From Streblomastix strix (taxonomy: Eukaryota), in contig SNRW01000037.1 in assembly GCA_008636045.1 (NCBI GenBank), forward strand, positions 1 through 37,231: a DNA stretch of 37,231 bases, read 5' to 3'. Shown piece after piece: positions 1-10,632 of this stretch. Below the pieces are notes generated by a model. That model saw only the letters and a list, made by a program, of their open reading frames with translations, searched no databases and was not told where the DNA came from. Positions within the stretch are counted from its first letter, which is position 1, and each line of letters begins with the position of its first letter. Made by a program: the position numbers and the translations under genes.

Positions 1-342
1 TTTTCGAATTAATTTATATGCTTTATCGTTATATTTTAATTTAAAAAGTTATGCGATTTATTCATTATTGCTATACCCATTAAATGAATATTATCCAAAT
101 TCAGGTATTAATGAGTTTAGCCATTGAAGAGTTAAATTATATTAGCTAATATCTTATACGTCATTTATATCAAAATATGGATGGCAATAACGTTGCTTCA
201 ACTCTTCATTAAATCCTAGTTTAAAATTAATTGTTGATATTTTATTAAATGGTATCTATAAAAAATTCCGTTCATAAGTATTGAAATATTTGCAATAAAT
301 AATGTTAAAATTAGTGGGGTCATCGAATTTGATAGTTGTCAT
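1..342 (-). CDS. AEP-superfamily (PrimPol/NCLDV-herpes-like) primase, N-terminal part
   Basis: ATG at 342, open to base 1 with TAR=Gln: MTTIKFDDPTNFNIIYCKYF...GFNEELKQRYCHPYFDINDVQDISQYNLTLQWLNSLIPEFGQYSFNGYSNNEQ. NE...HPYFDxxD resembles AEP motif I. The paralogue at 13.3-14.7 kb shows motif II/III-like segments. Confidence 0.65.
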
Positions 343-464
343 TTATCGTTTGATAAAAAACACAAGAAAATACAAATTAAATTTATTTAAATATAATTTT
401 ATAAAAATAATTTGATAAAAATAAATTATTTTAAAAATAAATTAATGAAAAATAAATTAATTAA

Positions 465-3400
465 TAACTATAAATAGTAACTTGAAAATGACATAAATTA
501 ATCATGGATTGATAATAATTGAGTTAATTTCTTTACTTCCTTATCCACTTTTATATTATTAGCTTTCATAAAATTATAGGTATAACTACCAATTGTATTT
601 TCATCAGTTACATATGTAAAATTTCTCAAAATAGGTGGAAAATTAATACATTTATTAATGTCTGATATATGTCCTTTAATTATCGCAATGAATAATTATC
701 CAGCGATTGCAAATCTGGTAAGTTTCGACTCAATTATATTTATTCATTGTTATTTTTATTTATCATTTGTTACGTTAATTACTTCTTCTATTATTCCTGG
801 CATATATATTTTCCTCTATGTGTAAGGACATAGTTCGTTCTACTAACAGCTCATAACACTATGATATAATGAATTAATATCTAAGCCTACTATATTAATA
901 ACCGCATTATTCATTTCGATTACTTTTATTTTGTTATCTTCATAAAATAATTTTTTAATTTTAGTCTAACCACGAATATTTACCAGATTCATTACATTTG
1001 ATAATCCACTTGTGATACTTCATCTTAATGTTTAATATACTTAAAAGTTATTAATTGTTGTAGGTAAATTATACTTACTATAAAATTTCTTTAATTGGAT
1101 AATAATTTCATCTCTTACTCATTTCTATTTCCTTTCGTTTAGTTACAATATAAGCTGCACTATCTGACATTGTCCTTAGTATATGATCATGAATTATCTA
1201 TGCGATCTAATGTAGATCTATTTTTAAATGTAAATTTCTCGTGGCAAATACAACAAGGCTTTTTTCATTAACAATCGAAAATATTAATAATCATCATTAC
1301 TTACATTATTAGTTATATCTCTTTTGGCAGTTTGATCTTATTATTTATATCCTAACACTTTAGTATTCTTATACTAGTTTGTGAGATAAAATAGTGAATT
1401 AAATGTTGGTTAGCTATAATTTCCATCTAGCGTAAAATCACTATATGCGATTGAATAATTTATAGCGTTAGCGCAACTAGTCATTGATATATGTTATAAC
1501 ATATCAACCTTGTGTTCGAAAAATAGGTTATTAAAATTTAATAATGGTTCAATCAAAATTTAGTATGTAATATATTATAGTGACGGAGATAATCCCATCT
1601 GTTTTCAAATTATTTATAATCTTAGAGATATAATTAATATTCTTGATCAGATATAGTAAAATTTTTCAATGTGTTATTGAAATCTGATTACTCAAAAGGA
1701 GCTGATTGATTTAATTAATCTTCATAATCATCCCCCATCAAATCGTAGGGGAATAAACATTTAGACCATTAACGACCCATGTCAAATGGCGTTTAACCTG
1801 AAAAATTAACTACCAATTATTTCAGCGTCATTGGTGGAGCAACATATAAGAAAGTATCAAGAAATTTAAGCTTTATTGATAGATTATTATGGGATACTAT
1901 TAACTGCTTACACAAAGCAGGGGAACCTATATGATTTGTTATTTTCCACTAGCTAGATTACATATGGGGAAAGAGTAATGACCTATCAAATTCTGCAGAG
2001 TTATATCCGATTACTGGAACTTCGATTGAATAAGGAATAGTTTCATCGGTATAATTATTATCCTGTTTAATTTATACTACTTCGTTAAAGAGTTATTTTA
2101 GCCATTAATTAACAAAATTTTACTACCTTATATCAAAATATATAGATTTATTGCTTTTGGATGAGTGTATGGTTGATGCTACACTTAAGGGTATAAGTTA
2201 ACTTATTAATTTGTTTTCTTTCCCAAATTTAGTATTTATTTTTTTTTCATAAGTTTCAAAATCGTAAGTGATAAAATATTACGAAAGTCTAAAATTTGAA
2301 TATCTATTGTTAGTAAGATGGTAACAGTAATTCTTATTTTACATAAAGTGGAGTATAAATGGTCACTGCTGATCGTCAAGTATGATTTATTTCACTATTT
2401 TTTTTGCTTTACGTTTTGCGATATATTTCTTCATGATCTCTTTAGTAAGCTAATCTTATTTAAAGCAATGATTCTTGCAATTAAAACAAAATAATAGTCC
2501 AGTAAGACGTTATTTATTAGTCAATAATAATATATGAATATTCGTACCGTTTAATTCCTCTGATTAAATAAGTAATAAATTGATCTCATCATCTCCTTTA
2601 GTACGAAAAGATTAGGATAAGAAATAATGAAAAGAATCCTTCATTTATTCGTAAGAGAAGAGATTAACTGATAATTTTAAATGCTGATGGATTTTCTATA
2701 TATCTGTTGCGTAATTGAATCCTTCAAATGTTTGAGGAATAATCTCACCGTAAAATAAGATACTAATTTCTTTCATCTTATGAAGCACTTAACTATCTCT
2801 ATATCTTTTCTCTTTAGTATCTTTCAATAAGTTTCTCGCTATTGCTTCCAAAATACAAGTATTAGGATAGGATGAATTAATATATCTGAGACATAAGTGT
2901 TTCTTACTTAGAAGCATTTTAATGAAGGGATTGGTTTTCCACTAATAGGAAGGAGATAAGTAATGACACAGATAGAATATATCGCTATATGTTTCTCTTT
3001 TGTATCGGTAAGAGTTTTTTCATATATAAATATGATTATTGATTAAATATACTATTTGTATAATTCGATATCATATCAGCTTCTTATGAACATCGATGCT
3101 CTTCTTTCTGTCATTGATTCTCCAGGGATAATATAACCGTAAGTAATTCGTTCATCATTATTCTTATTTCTATCTTTTCGCTTGTAAATAAACCCTAAAT
3201 CGATAGCTAATTTATACATCTTAGGAGCCATATTAATGTGAATTTGATCAATGAAATTATATATATCTAATATACTGATTGTCTAATTATTATAAAGCGC
3301 TGTAGTTATTGGGTTACGTTCGATATGATTCTAATCTTAGAAATTAGATTTGGCATCAAGGAGAATTTTAGTGAAATCATCTAGAGGTTGGGCTAATAAT

Positions 3401-3764
3401 AATACTCCTTCGTTTATAATATCAAGTAACTTATGTTATTTTGTTGACTCAATCTGTTATTTAATTTCTTGTAATTGCAGATAAAATATATATTATAATT
3501 ATTACTCAAATTAATATTTTAATGATGTAAAGTTATCTTATTTAGGTATTGGTTCGCATGTATAAAATTAATTATCTAATCTTGCGTCTAAATCTGTTTT
3601 AAATTATCTAAGAACATTATAATTACTTCTTGAACCATAAGATGGAAAGTTATTTTTATCAAGTACACGTTTCAATTATTATTTCAACTATTTACAAGTC
3701 GTTTTATCCGAAAGTTGGGGTGAAATAATAAACAGTAAATTTAGCAATTCTTAGTTAATACCAT
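465..3764 (-). pseudogene. polB: Protein-primed family B DNA polymerase (Polinton type), frameshifted and 3'-truncated
   Basis: Minus-strand motifs in the expected order: Exo I YFITYDFETY (~2250-2280), Exo II VPVIGYNSAEFD (~1985-2020), LKFLD, KCLFPYD, SGLSNVM, motif A VGLDINSLYHSVM (~855-890), FPPI and KKLTQLLS...FMSFSSYYL (~470-540). Motifs B and C are not seen before an AT-rich break at ~360-465. Candidate ATG at 3764. Confidence 0.9.
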
Positions 3765-3911
3765 TTTATGCTCAAGATAAAAAATGATAATTTCATAAAT
3801 AATTCATCAAGATATAAAAAGATTTTTCGCAATTCTGTTTTAAAATTAGGTTAAACCATTTTTGCCCTGACCCCCCGTTTTAAAATTAGGGCCATCGAGT
3901 TATTTTTCCAA

Positions 3912-4340
3912 TAGTATAAGATAGATAAAACCTGTATTAATGAGAAATATAATACATACTCAAATTAAGACGAAGATATAGATCAAGCGAGAATAAATAA
4001 TTAAAATATGCTATTTATGGTGAAAATTGCTCCCATAAACGAAAACAGTACAATTTAAGGGAAAATAAAATCAAGGAATTATACATGCAGTTTTTTTATT
4101 TATTTTGCCAATTAATAACGATAGGCTGTGTATGGAAAGCCAAAATTAGTAAAGTTATTGTTTATATATATTCAAATAGAAACGTTCAATACTAATTTGG
4201 TGAAAAAAGATAATTTTAAGAGCAATTTTCACCATAAGTTGTATGTTTTGAATATTTATACCCGCTTGAACTATATCTTCGTCTTAATTTGAGTATTTAT
4301 TCAATTTCTCATTAATACAGGTTTCCTACTTACTATACTA
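3912..4340. repeat. ~430-bp fold-back element with ~121-bp imperfect inverted arms (3912-4032 and 4220-4340); MITE-like or a Polinton terminus
   Basis: CCTGTATTAATGAGAAAT...TACTCAAATTAAGACGAAGATATAG...TTATGGTGAAAATTGCTC is the reverse complement of GAGCAATTTTCACCATAA...CTATATCTTCGTCTTAATTTGAGTA...ATTTCTCATTAATACAGG. Outer ends are TAGTATA and TATACTA. Confidence 0.9.
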
Positions 4341-5246
4341 ATCGCATGTAGTCCAGTTATCAAGTCAGCAATGCATACCAATTACGTAAATTATTTAATA
4401 TATTAGAATGCCAGATTCCAATTTCTGAAAATTAAATCGATATCCGTTAGCTTCTACGGACTACTACCTAATAACTCATCTTTATTCACTGTATAATATT
4501 TTGCCGTAGAAATAATTGGAATCACTTAGCAGAAAACGAATGCATGAGAATTTATTTTGAATTTTATTTTTAAATCACCAAATAGGCCATTAGAATAATC
4601 AGCGAAAGCAGAGAATATCATAAGGTCATCAAGCGAAATATTAACTCTGAAACGTATTAAAATTATATATGGAACAGATGTTTGATTTTCTATTAGTTCT
4701 TCAATCTCTTGCTTACTAATATATATTCCACACGCAGATGTATAAAATTTATGAATATTCTCTTAAAGGAAATAGATAGGCTTTCTATTATTTTTCTCAT
4801 TTTTTGGCTTGATTGTATTATAATTAAATGATTCAATTGTTGCGTCATTATATAGACTTCCATCAATGGTTTTACCTCTGTGATAGATAGTGTATTCACT
4901 AATAAGATTTGAACCTGATTTGAAGCCTACAAATAGAGCCAATCTGTCATTATATGATTCGTCAATTTTATCAAATTTATCATCGAGTTAGATATTTGCT
5001 GTTAGCACTACCGACAAGAACAAATTATATATATATCTATGTGATATTGTGGTCTGTGTCTGATAAACTAATAATTATCTCCTTATCAAACAATGCTTGC
5101 TTTTATGATTCAGGTTTGATTTCCATGACTGAATAATGGTGTTCTCCGCCATTAGTGAATGGAACAACAGCATTACCTAATAATGTTTCTTCAATGGTTC
5201 CTATTTATTGTAAATGTATAGCTTTCATTAAAAATCTATTCATCAT
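4341..5246 (-). pseudogene. Putative major capsid protein (double jelly-roll), 5' part; frameshifted and cut off at the fold-back element
   Basis: Reads ...FVGFKSGSNLISEYTIYHRGKTID...NDATIESFNYNTIKPKNEKNNRK...TSACGIYIS...ISLDDLMIFSAFADYSNGLFGDLKIKFKINSHAFVFCQV...FTQLVCIADLITGLHA and then stops abruptly at 4341. The capsid call rests on context, beta-rich character and recalled similarity to metamonad Polinton-like capsids. It has not been verified by search. Confidence 0.55.
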
Positions 5247-5361
5247 TTATATTCAATAAAAAATGAAATAGTTTAATAAGTACTTAATGAAATATAAAAA
5301 CGTTGATTAATGAAACATCGAGTTATAAAACATCAATTATTTCATTGGAATTGACACGATA

Positions 5362-5478
5362 ATTTGGTTTGAATCATGAATGACTTTTGACTGCACCGAG
5401 TGCATCGAGTGCATCGAGTCAGAAACTTTCATAAAAAACAGCTGCTAGCCTACCATTCTGCCAGAAGTGAGAAATATT
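5362..5478 (+). repeat. Iteron-like repeat, copy A
   Basis: TTTTGAC, then TGCACCGAG TGCATCGAG TGCATCGAG, TCAG, an AT-rich spacer, and CTGCTAGCCTACCATTCTGCCAGAAGTGAG. It differs from the reverse complement of copy B at 4 of 117 positions. Confidence 0.95.
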
Positions 5479-5529
5479 AGAAATAAATATTCCTAACGAT
5501 TAATGAATTGAATTTTACACTAATAATTT

Positions 5530-5844
5530 TCATTGGTTCTATAATTATATGCTTCGACTCTGTAAATCAATAGGTAATTTTTATCTTAAATATTCGCCGT
5601 TTCTTAACGTATCAATATCTTATCTAAATTATTCATTTTTATCCGCTCCATAGCCATAACCAAGAAATGAGCTAGCAACATCTAACCATTTATCTATTGT
5701 TTAGTCTATGGGACTGAAAGCTGCAAGTATTAATTTAGCAAATTGTTTTATGAACGGTTTATAAACGTTATCATTAATCCACAAAATACCATTCCTTATT
5801 TTTTAAACTAATTATTTGATTTTCGATAATACGCCGACTGCCAT
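5530..5844 (-). CDS. Small viral protein (104 aa) with an N-terminal amphipathic helix; possible membrane-penetration protein (adenovirus pVI/adintovirus PX-like)
   Basis: Intact ATG to TGA with TAR=Gln: MAVGVLSKIKQLVQKIRNGILWINDNVYKPFIKQFAKLILAAFSPIDQTIDKWLDVASSFLGYGYG... It lies next to the putative capsid gene. Function is inferred from the helix pattern only. Confidence 0.6.
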
Positions 5845-5913
5845 CGTTTATTTATAATAAAAATCAAATTTTATATGTATTTTTTTGGATTTGAATAAGA
5901 GATTATATTTTTA

Positions 5914-6030
5914 AATATTTCTCACTTCTGGCAGAATGGTAGGCTAGCAGCAGTTTTTTATGAAAGTTTCTGACTCGATGCACTCGATGCACTCGGTGCA
6001 GTCAAAAATAATTCATTATTCAAACCAAAT
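5914..6030 (-). repeat. Iteron-like repeat, copy B (inverted relative to A)
   Basis: CTCACTTCTGGCAGAATGGTAGGCTAGCAG...CTGACTCGATGCACTCGATGCACTCGGTGCAGTCAAAA is the reverse complement of copy A. Confidence 0.95.
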
Positions 6031-6039
6031 CTTCGTTCC

Positions 6040-7650
6040 GATTTCACAGATTTCGTAAGTTTATTTCATAAATAATACATTTCACTTGCGTAATATTTGT
6101 AAACATCAGCTGAATCATATGGAATTGACTCTTATTTTTATGAAAATTAAAAGTATAGCATTTTAAATTAAGCATTTAAAATATAATAATTCACTGAAAA
6201 ATTATTCTGTCTTCCGCCCTATGTTCTATATATTGCTGCAGGGAAGCTTAAACTTTTACCATCAGCAGGTATTACAGAATCAGAAATACGACTTACTTCT
6301 TACGTTCTCCATTGCAAAAGTTTTGATTCGAAATATTGATTGAATACGCATACTCTGCAAGTGCCATCATCAACGATATAGAAAGTATTATATGCTGATG
6401 AAGGGAAAAAATCATTAATTATGAATTAATTGAACTCATTTGTTATCGTATATTGTGGTTGTGGTTATGAATCAGATTATTTTTCATGTTTAATTATTAC
6501 TTCGTCGATGAAATAATAAGGTAATGCTTCATATGATGCTGATTCATTGGTGTTTGTGCTGTTCGCATAGTTATCAAGGATAGACGTTCCTTGAAATTCA
6601 TAATGAAACATATTTAACTATCTACTAACGGCTACCTACAAAGCTGACGATTTATCATAAATGTCATTGAACATACATATAGCGTAAAACTCTTGTTTTT
6701 TTAACATGAATTGCCATATATTTCGAATTAGATGGTAGAGCTTTTTACTGATTATCGAAAATAATTTATATATGGTTTATTGTGCTTCATAATTGGCGTC
6801 TAGTTGTGCCAATTTTGCTCCAAAACTATATGTGATAAATAGTCAGTCTTTAATGAAATATGCTGCTCTATCTGCTTTATATATTGCTTGTTCATCTATT
6901 AATTTAATTTCACTGTTCAAATAATTAGTTTTATTTAATCCTTACACTCCTGCCTCGATTAAATAAGTTTATTTTTTCACTGTTTCATATACAAGCGACT
7001 GTATTGCGAATGTTCCTTTTCTATTAACATTCCACGTATCCATAATATCAATTTTTTCATCATTATTAGCATCATAATTTATTTTTTTGATGGTTCATAA
7101 TATTTACAATAAGTAATGTTAAGCACGAGAGCAGTATTTGATGGGAGCTACCTAGGGCATATAATATATAGCCCGTTTTAGTCGATATAACAAAATACAT
7201 TATATGTATTTTGAGCATCGGTTCCACTAATACAATCAATTAATCACCTGCTTTTAATCTTGCTTCTAGGGTATAACTTTTGAATAAATTTCCGTTCGGA
7301 AATCGGCTTATTGTTGCATATGATGCTGTTAGCGTAATTATATCCCCATAAACGATTAATTACGGAACTGAACCACTGGATGCTAAGAAACTTTTTCGCT
7401 CAAAATATGAACTCAAATCAAGTTTCGTTATAGCATTCAGCACTGGTGGTTCGAACACTTCATTCGAATTACTGACTATATCATCATTATTTTTCATCTG
7501 TTATTGCAAAATTTGGACTCCAATTGGAACAAGTTGTGGTATCTCACCAATAGGCTTAGGATAACGTTCTTTGATGTATTCATACAATTATAATATGTCA
7601 GATAAACCAGTAACATCTAGCAATCTTTCTTCGAAATATACGTTCGACAC
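6040..7650 (-). pseudogene. Hypothetical viral (possibly virion) protein, ~500 aa, degenerate
   Basis: Long minus-strand frame under TAR=Gln, (M)SNVYFEERLLDVTGLSDILQLYEYIKERYPKPIGEIPQLVP..., with GTG where the shared upstream motif predicts ATG. It has internal frameshifts and the 3' end is approximate. Confidence 0.55.
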
Positions 7651-7689
7651 TTATATTCAATAAAAATAAATAATTAATCCAAACAATTT

Positions 7690-9696
7690 CAAGCAACTAT
7701 ATGCAGAAGCATGGATTCATGGTCTAACCCAAAATGTATTGATTGCAATATATATGTTCTATATCCATACTGTTGCTTGTGTAGTGAGATGTACATATCT
7801 ATCAGTTGTAAACATAGTTAAATAATCTCTGTTCATTGGACAAAATAGTGCGAATAATGGTGGTGGATTAAAAGTACAATATCACGATCTTATGATGATT
7901 ATATTGTATCATTTGGCTTGATAACAAAATAAAAGAAATACGTTATTCCATCTATTTTTATGAAATTAGATTATGATGCTGTAAATCCGGATAATATTAC
8001 TGGTGGAGTTAATACTTGATAGAAATTATAGAACTTTGATGTAATAACATTATTGACTTCGCGCCATGTTGGATAGGTCTCATTTACCAGTTCTTGAGAG
8101 TCATCATCTTCCATACCAAACGGATTAATATATAACAATCGATCTGTTATATTTTATGAATTTTATCCCGTTTTTTGCACATAAGCCGTTGCATTAATTG
8201 AAATGATTAATGTTGAAGTTTTATTATTTTCATTTAACCTACATACCCGAAAAACTTATCTATTCAAACCAACTGGCTCCAGCAGTATAACATCAAATTT
8301 CCCCTTTATTTGTAATATGGAGTTTAAAACCACCGTATGGACTACCAACTTGCATACATAATTCGCTTACTGTTGGCGCATAAAATTCTGGTAAAGTTCC
8401 TATTTTAATATTCACATTTGGCACAAATCCTTCAAATTTTGGAGTAACTTATAATTAAAATAAATATAAATTTCTTAATTTATCATATACAAGTAATGAG
8501 TAATTAAAACCAAATTATGTTTCATTAAAAGTAACTTAACTAGTTAAAATTTCATCTGTTGCTCTTCCACTAGAAAAATCTGATGATAATCTATCACCAT
8601 CACCAGCTAATTGAACTGATGTATCATCCTTGTCTGATTTTATAAATTAAGTTGCTGTTAGATTACCACTTATTGAACCGTTATAGATAGATGAAACGAA
8701 TTCACTTTTTACTGCTCTCAATGTTATATAATCATCATCTGTTGGTTCAGGTTATGGTTAATCTTGTGTTTTTTTTCGTAGTATACCATGAATTAATTAA
8801 AGTTCTTATTCTGTTTTCTTCATATAATTTGAATCATCAATAGAACTGGAAAATTCAGAGATTGGTTTAGTACCATCAGCTCCAAGTAAAACAACAGTAT
8901 TATCTGCATCAGATTTAATAAATGATGATCCTATTACTGTCGACATTCCATCGACAGAACTTATGAACCTACAACAATTATTAAACGTCTTTTTTGCATC
9001 TATTGTTTATGCAGTACCTACGGTCATATAACCACTTAAATCAAAGTCACCAACATCAATTTATGCTATCAAATAATCAGTTTCTGTTTTGATATAAGTT
9101 GTAAATTGACTTGCCTTCAACATCAACAAAGCATCATCTTCTCCTTTAGTGTATGAATCAATCAGTTATATTTTATCAGCTTTCAACAACAGCAGAGCAT
9201 ACTCTTCTTATTTAGTGTATGAATCAATTAGCTATGTTTTATCAGCCATCAACAACAACAGAGCATCATCCTCAGTCCTCGAAAATACATCAATTTAATC
9301 TGAAATATTTAATTTGTCAACGTGTAGGGCATCGGCTTCAGTCTTCGAATATGCATCAATTAGCTCTGATTTATCTGCCTTCAACAACAGGAGTGTATCA
9401 TCTTCTTATTTATTATACGCATCGATTAAATCTGTTTTATCATCTTTCAACAACAGCAGATCGTCATCTTCTATCTTTGAATAAGCATCGATTTAATCGG
9501 ATTTATTTAATTTTTTATCAAGCATTTCATAAATTTCTTCGCGATTATAAGGTTCTAGTGCCTCATTAATTATATTTAATAAATTTTCAATATTTTTGAC
9601 ATCATAAATCAAACCAATTGTGTTATATCCAGTTAAACCATAAAGTATCTTATCATGATTTAAACCAAATTCAAGCATATGTAAATTTCCATCCAT
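7690..9696 (-). pseudogene. Fibre/spike-like protein with 22-aa tandem repeats and repeated C-terminal modules
   Basis: ATG at 9696, open ~1.4 kb with TAR=Gln. Contains (IDxYxKxEDDxLLLLKADKxxL)n, AQTIDAKKTF, FIKSDADNTVVLLGADG, FIKSDKDDTSVQLAGDG and KIGTLPEFYAP. After a TGA (~8302) and a frameshift (~8235) comes a second YVQKTGQ..Q.I module. Confidence 0.65.
9100..9545 (-). repeat. 66-bp coding tandem repeat, 6-7 diverged units
   Basis: Successive units: IDAYSKIEDDDLLLLKDDKTDL, IDAYNKQEDDTLLLLKADKSEL, IDAYSKTEADALHVDKLNISDQ, IDVFSRTEDDALLLLMADKTQL, IDSYTKQEEYALLLLKADKIQL, IDSYTKGEDDALLMLKASQ. Confidence 0.9.
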
Positions 9697-9724
9697 TTAA
9701 TAAAAATAAAAATAATTATTTAAT

Positions 9725-10330
9725 GGCATAATATTTTATTTAAAAACAATCATTAATCCTTTTGATGCTGCTCTACTAATTTTACTAGTTATTTCTCCTA
9801 AATCTAAAATACTTATTATTTTTCTTATTTTTTATAAACATATTTTATAGCTATCCTTTATTAAATTTACTTTTTCGACGTATAATTTTAGAATATTTGC
9901 GTTCCCAATTATTATCTCATTTAATATTTAAGTGGAATCACTGCAAAACCTTCCACAACATCCTTCATCCTCTATACTTTACTAAATTTAATTTTCAAAG
10001 ACGTCAAAAGTGTAAACAAAAACTCGAATCAATTAATTTTCAAATAATGCAAAATGCATTGATTCTTTAACCATATGCTCGTCTTCACTAATGATATCCA
10101 ACAGCCAACGACACATTTACGAATCTGGAGTAAAATTTTCTTCAAATATTGAACTTCTGCGCCTTACTGACAATGTTGGTGTTTAACATCTGATAACCTG
10201 TTGCTGGAATGGTTGCTGAAATGGTTGTTAAAATGGGTTAATTTGAGATGCAACAGAAACTACAACCGCAATCACTTTAATTTCCTATTCAAATTATGGT
10301 TCTATTTCTGGAATGGTGGAATTCTTTATT
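9725..10330 (-). pseudogene. Hypothetical viral protein, degenerate
   Basis: Frame ...IPEIEPQFEQEIK...NPFQQPFQQPFQQQ...EGCCGRFCSD... lies behind the shared TTTTATT..TAAA motif, with ATA at the expected start. Frameshifted. Confidence 0.4.
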
Positions 10331-10423
10331 TTAATCACAATAAAATAATTAATAATTCACGTTAAATAAAACCATAAATTCATGTTCATCAAAAGTATAT
10401 GATTTTGGCACGAGAAAATAATA

Positions 10424-10517
10424 TGGTTAATGAATGACTTTTGACTGCATCGAGTGCATCGAGTCAGAAACTTTCTTAAAAAACTGCTGCCTGCCTGCCA
10501 TTCTGCTAGAAGTGAAA
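10424..10517 (+). repeat. Iteron-like repeat, copy C (two 9-bp units)
   Basis: TGGTTAATGAATGACTTTTGAC TGCATCGAG TGCATCGAG TCAGAAACTTTC...CTGCTGCCTGCCTGCCATTCTGCTAGAAGTGA. Same orientation as A and one 9-mer shorter. Confidence 0.92.
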
Positions 10518-10632
10518 ATCAATAATAAAAATAAATTTGTACCAAATAAAAAGTTTAAAAAATAAATAATTGAACTTATTTTAAAAATAGACGAGTTTGT
10601 ATTTTATAAATCAAATTTTTTATCTGTAATTA

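Larger units (their letters stand above)
1..4340 (-). mobile_element. Endogenous Polinton/Maverick-like element, left copy (partial, decayed; runs off the window start)
   Basis: Contains a pPolB pseudogene followed by an AEP primase-like gene. It ends in an inverted-repeat structure whose outer end reads AGTATAGTAAGTAGG on the minus strand, similar to the AG(T)-repeat termini of Polintons. The boundary is inferred. Confidence 0.75.

Noticed and set aside
5385..5420. Short GC-richer repeats as a CRISPR array
   Set aside because: Contiguous 9-mers with no spacers, no cas genes, and a eukaryotic context.
9219..9569. 116-aa plus-strand ORF from the track
   Set aside because: Antisense shadow of the 66-bp fibre repeats. 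The minus frame has the ATG, the upstream motif and a coherent repeat.
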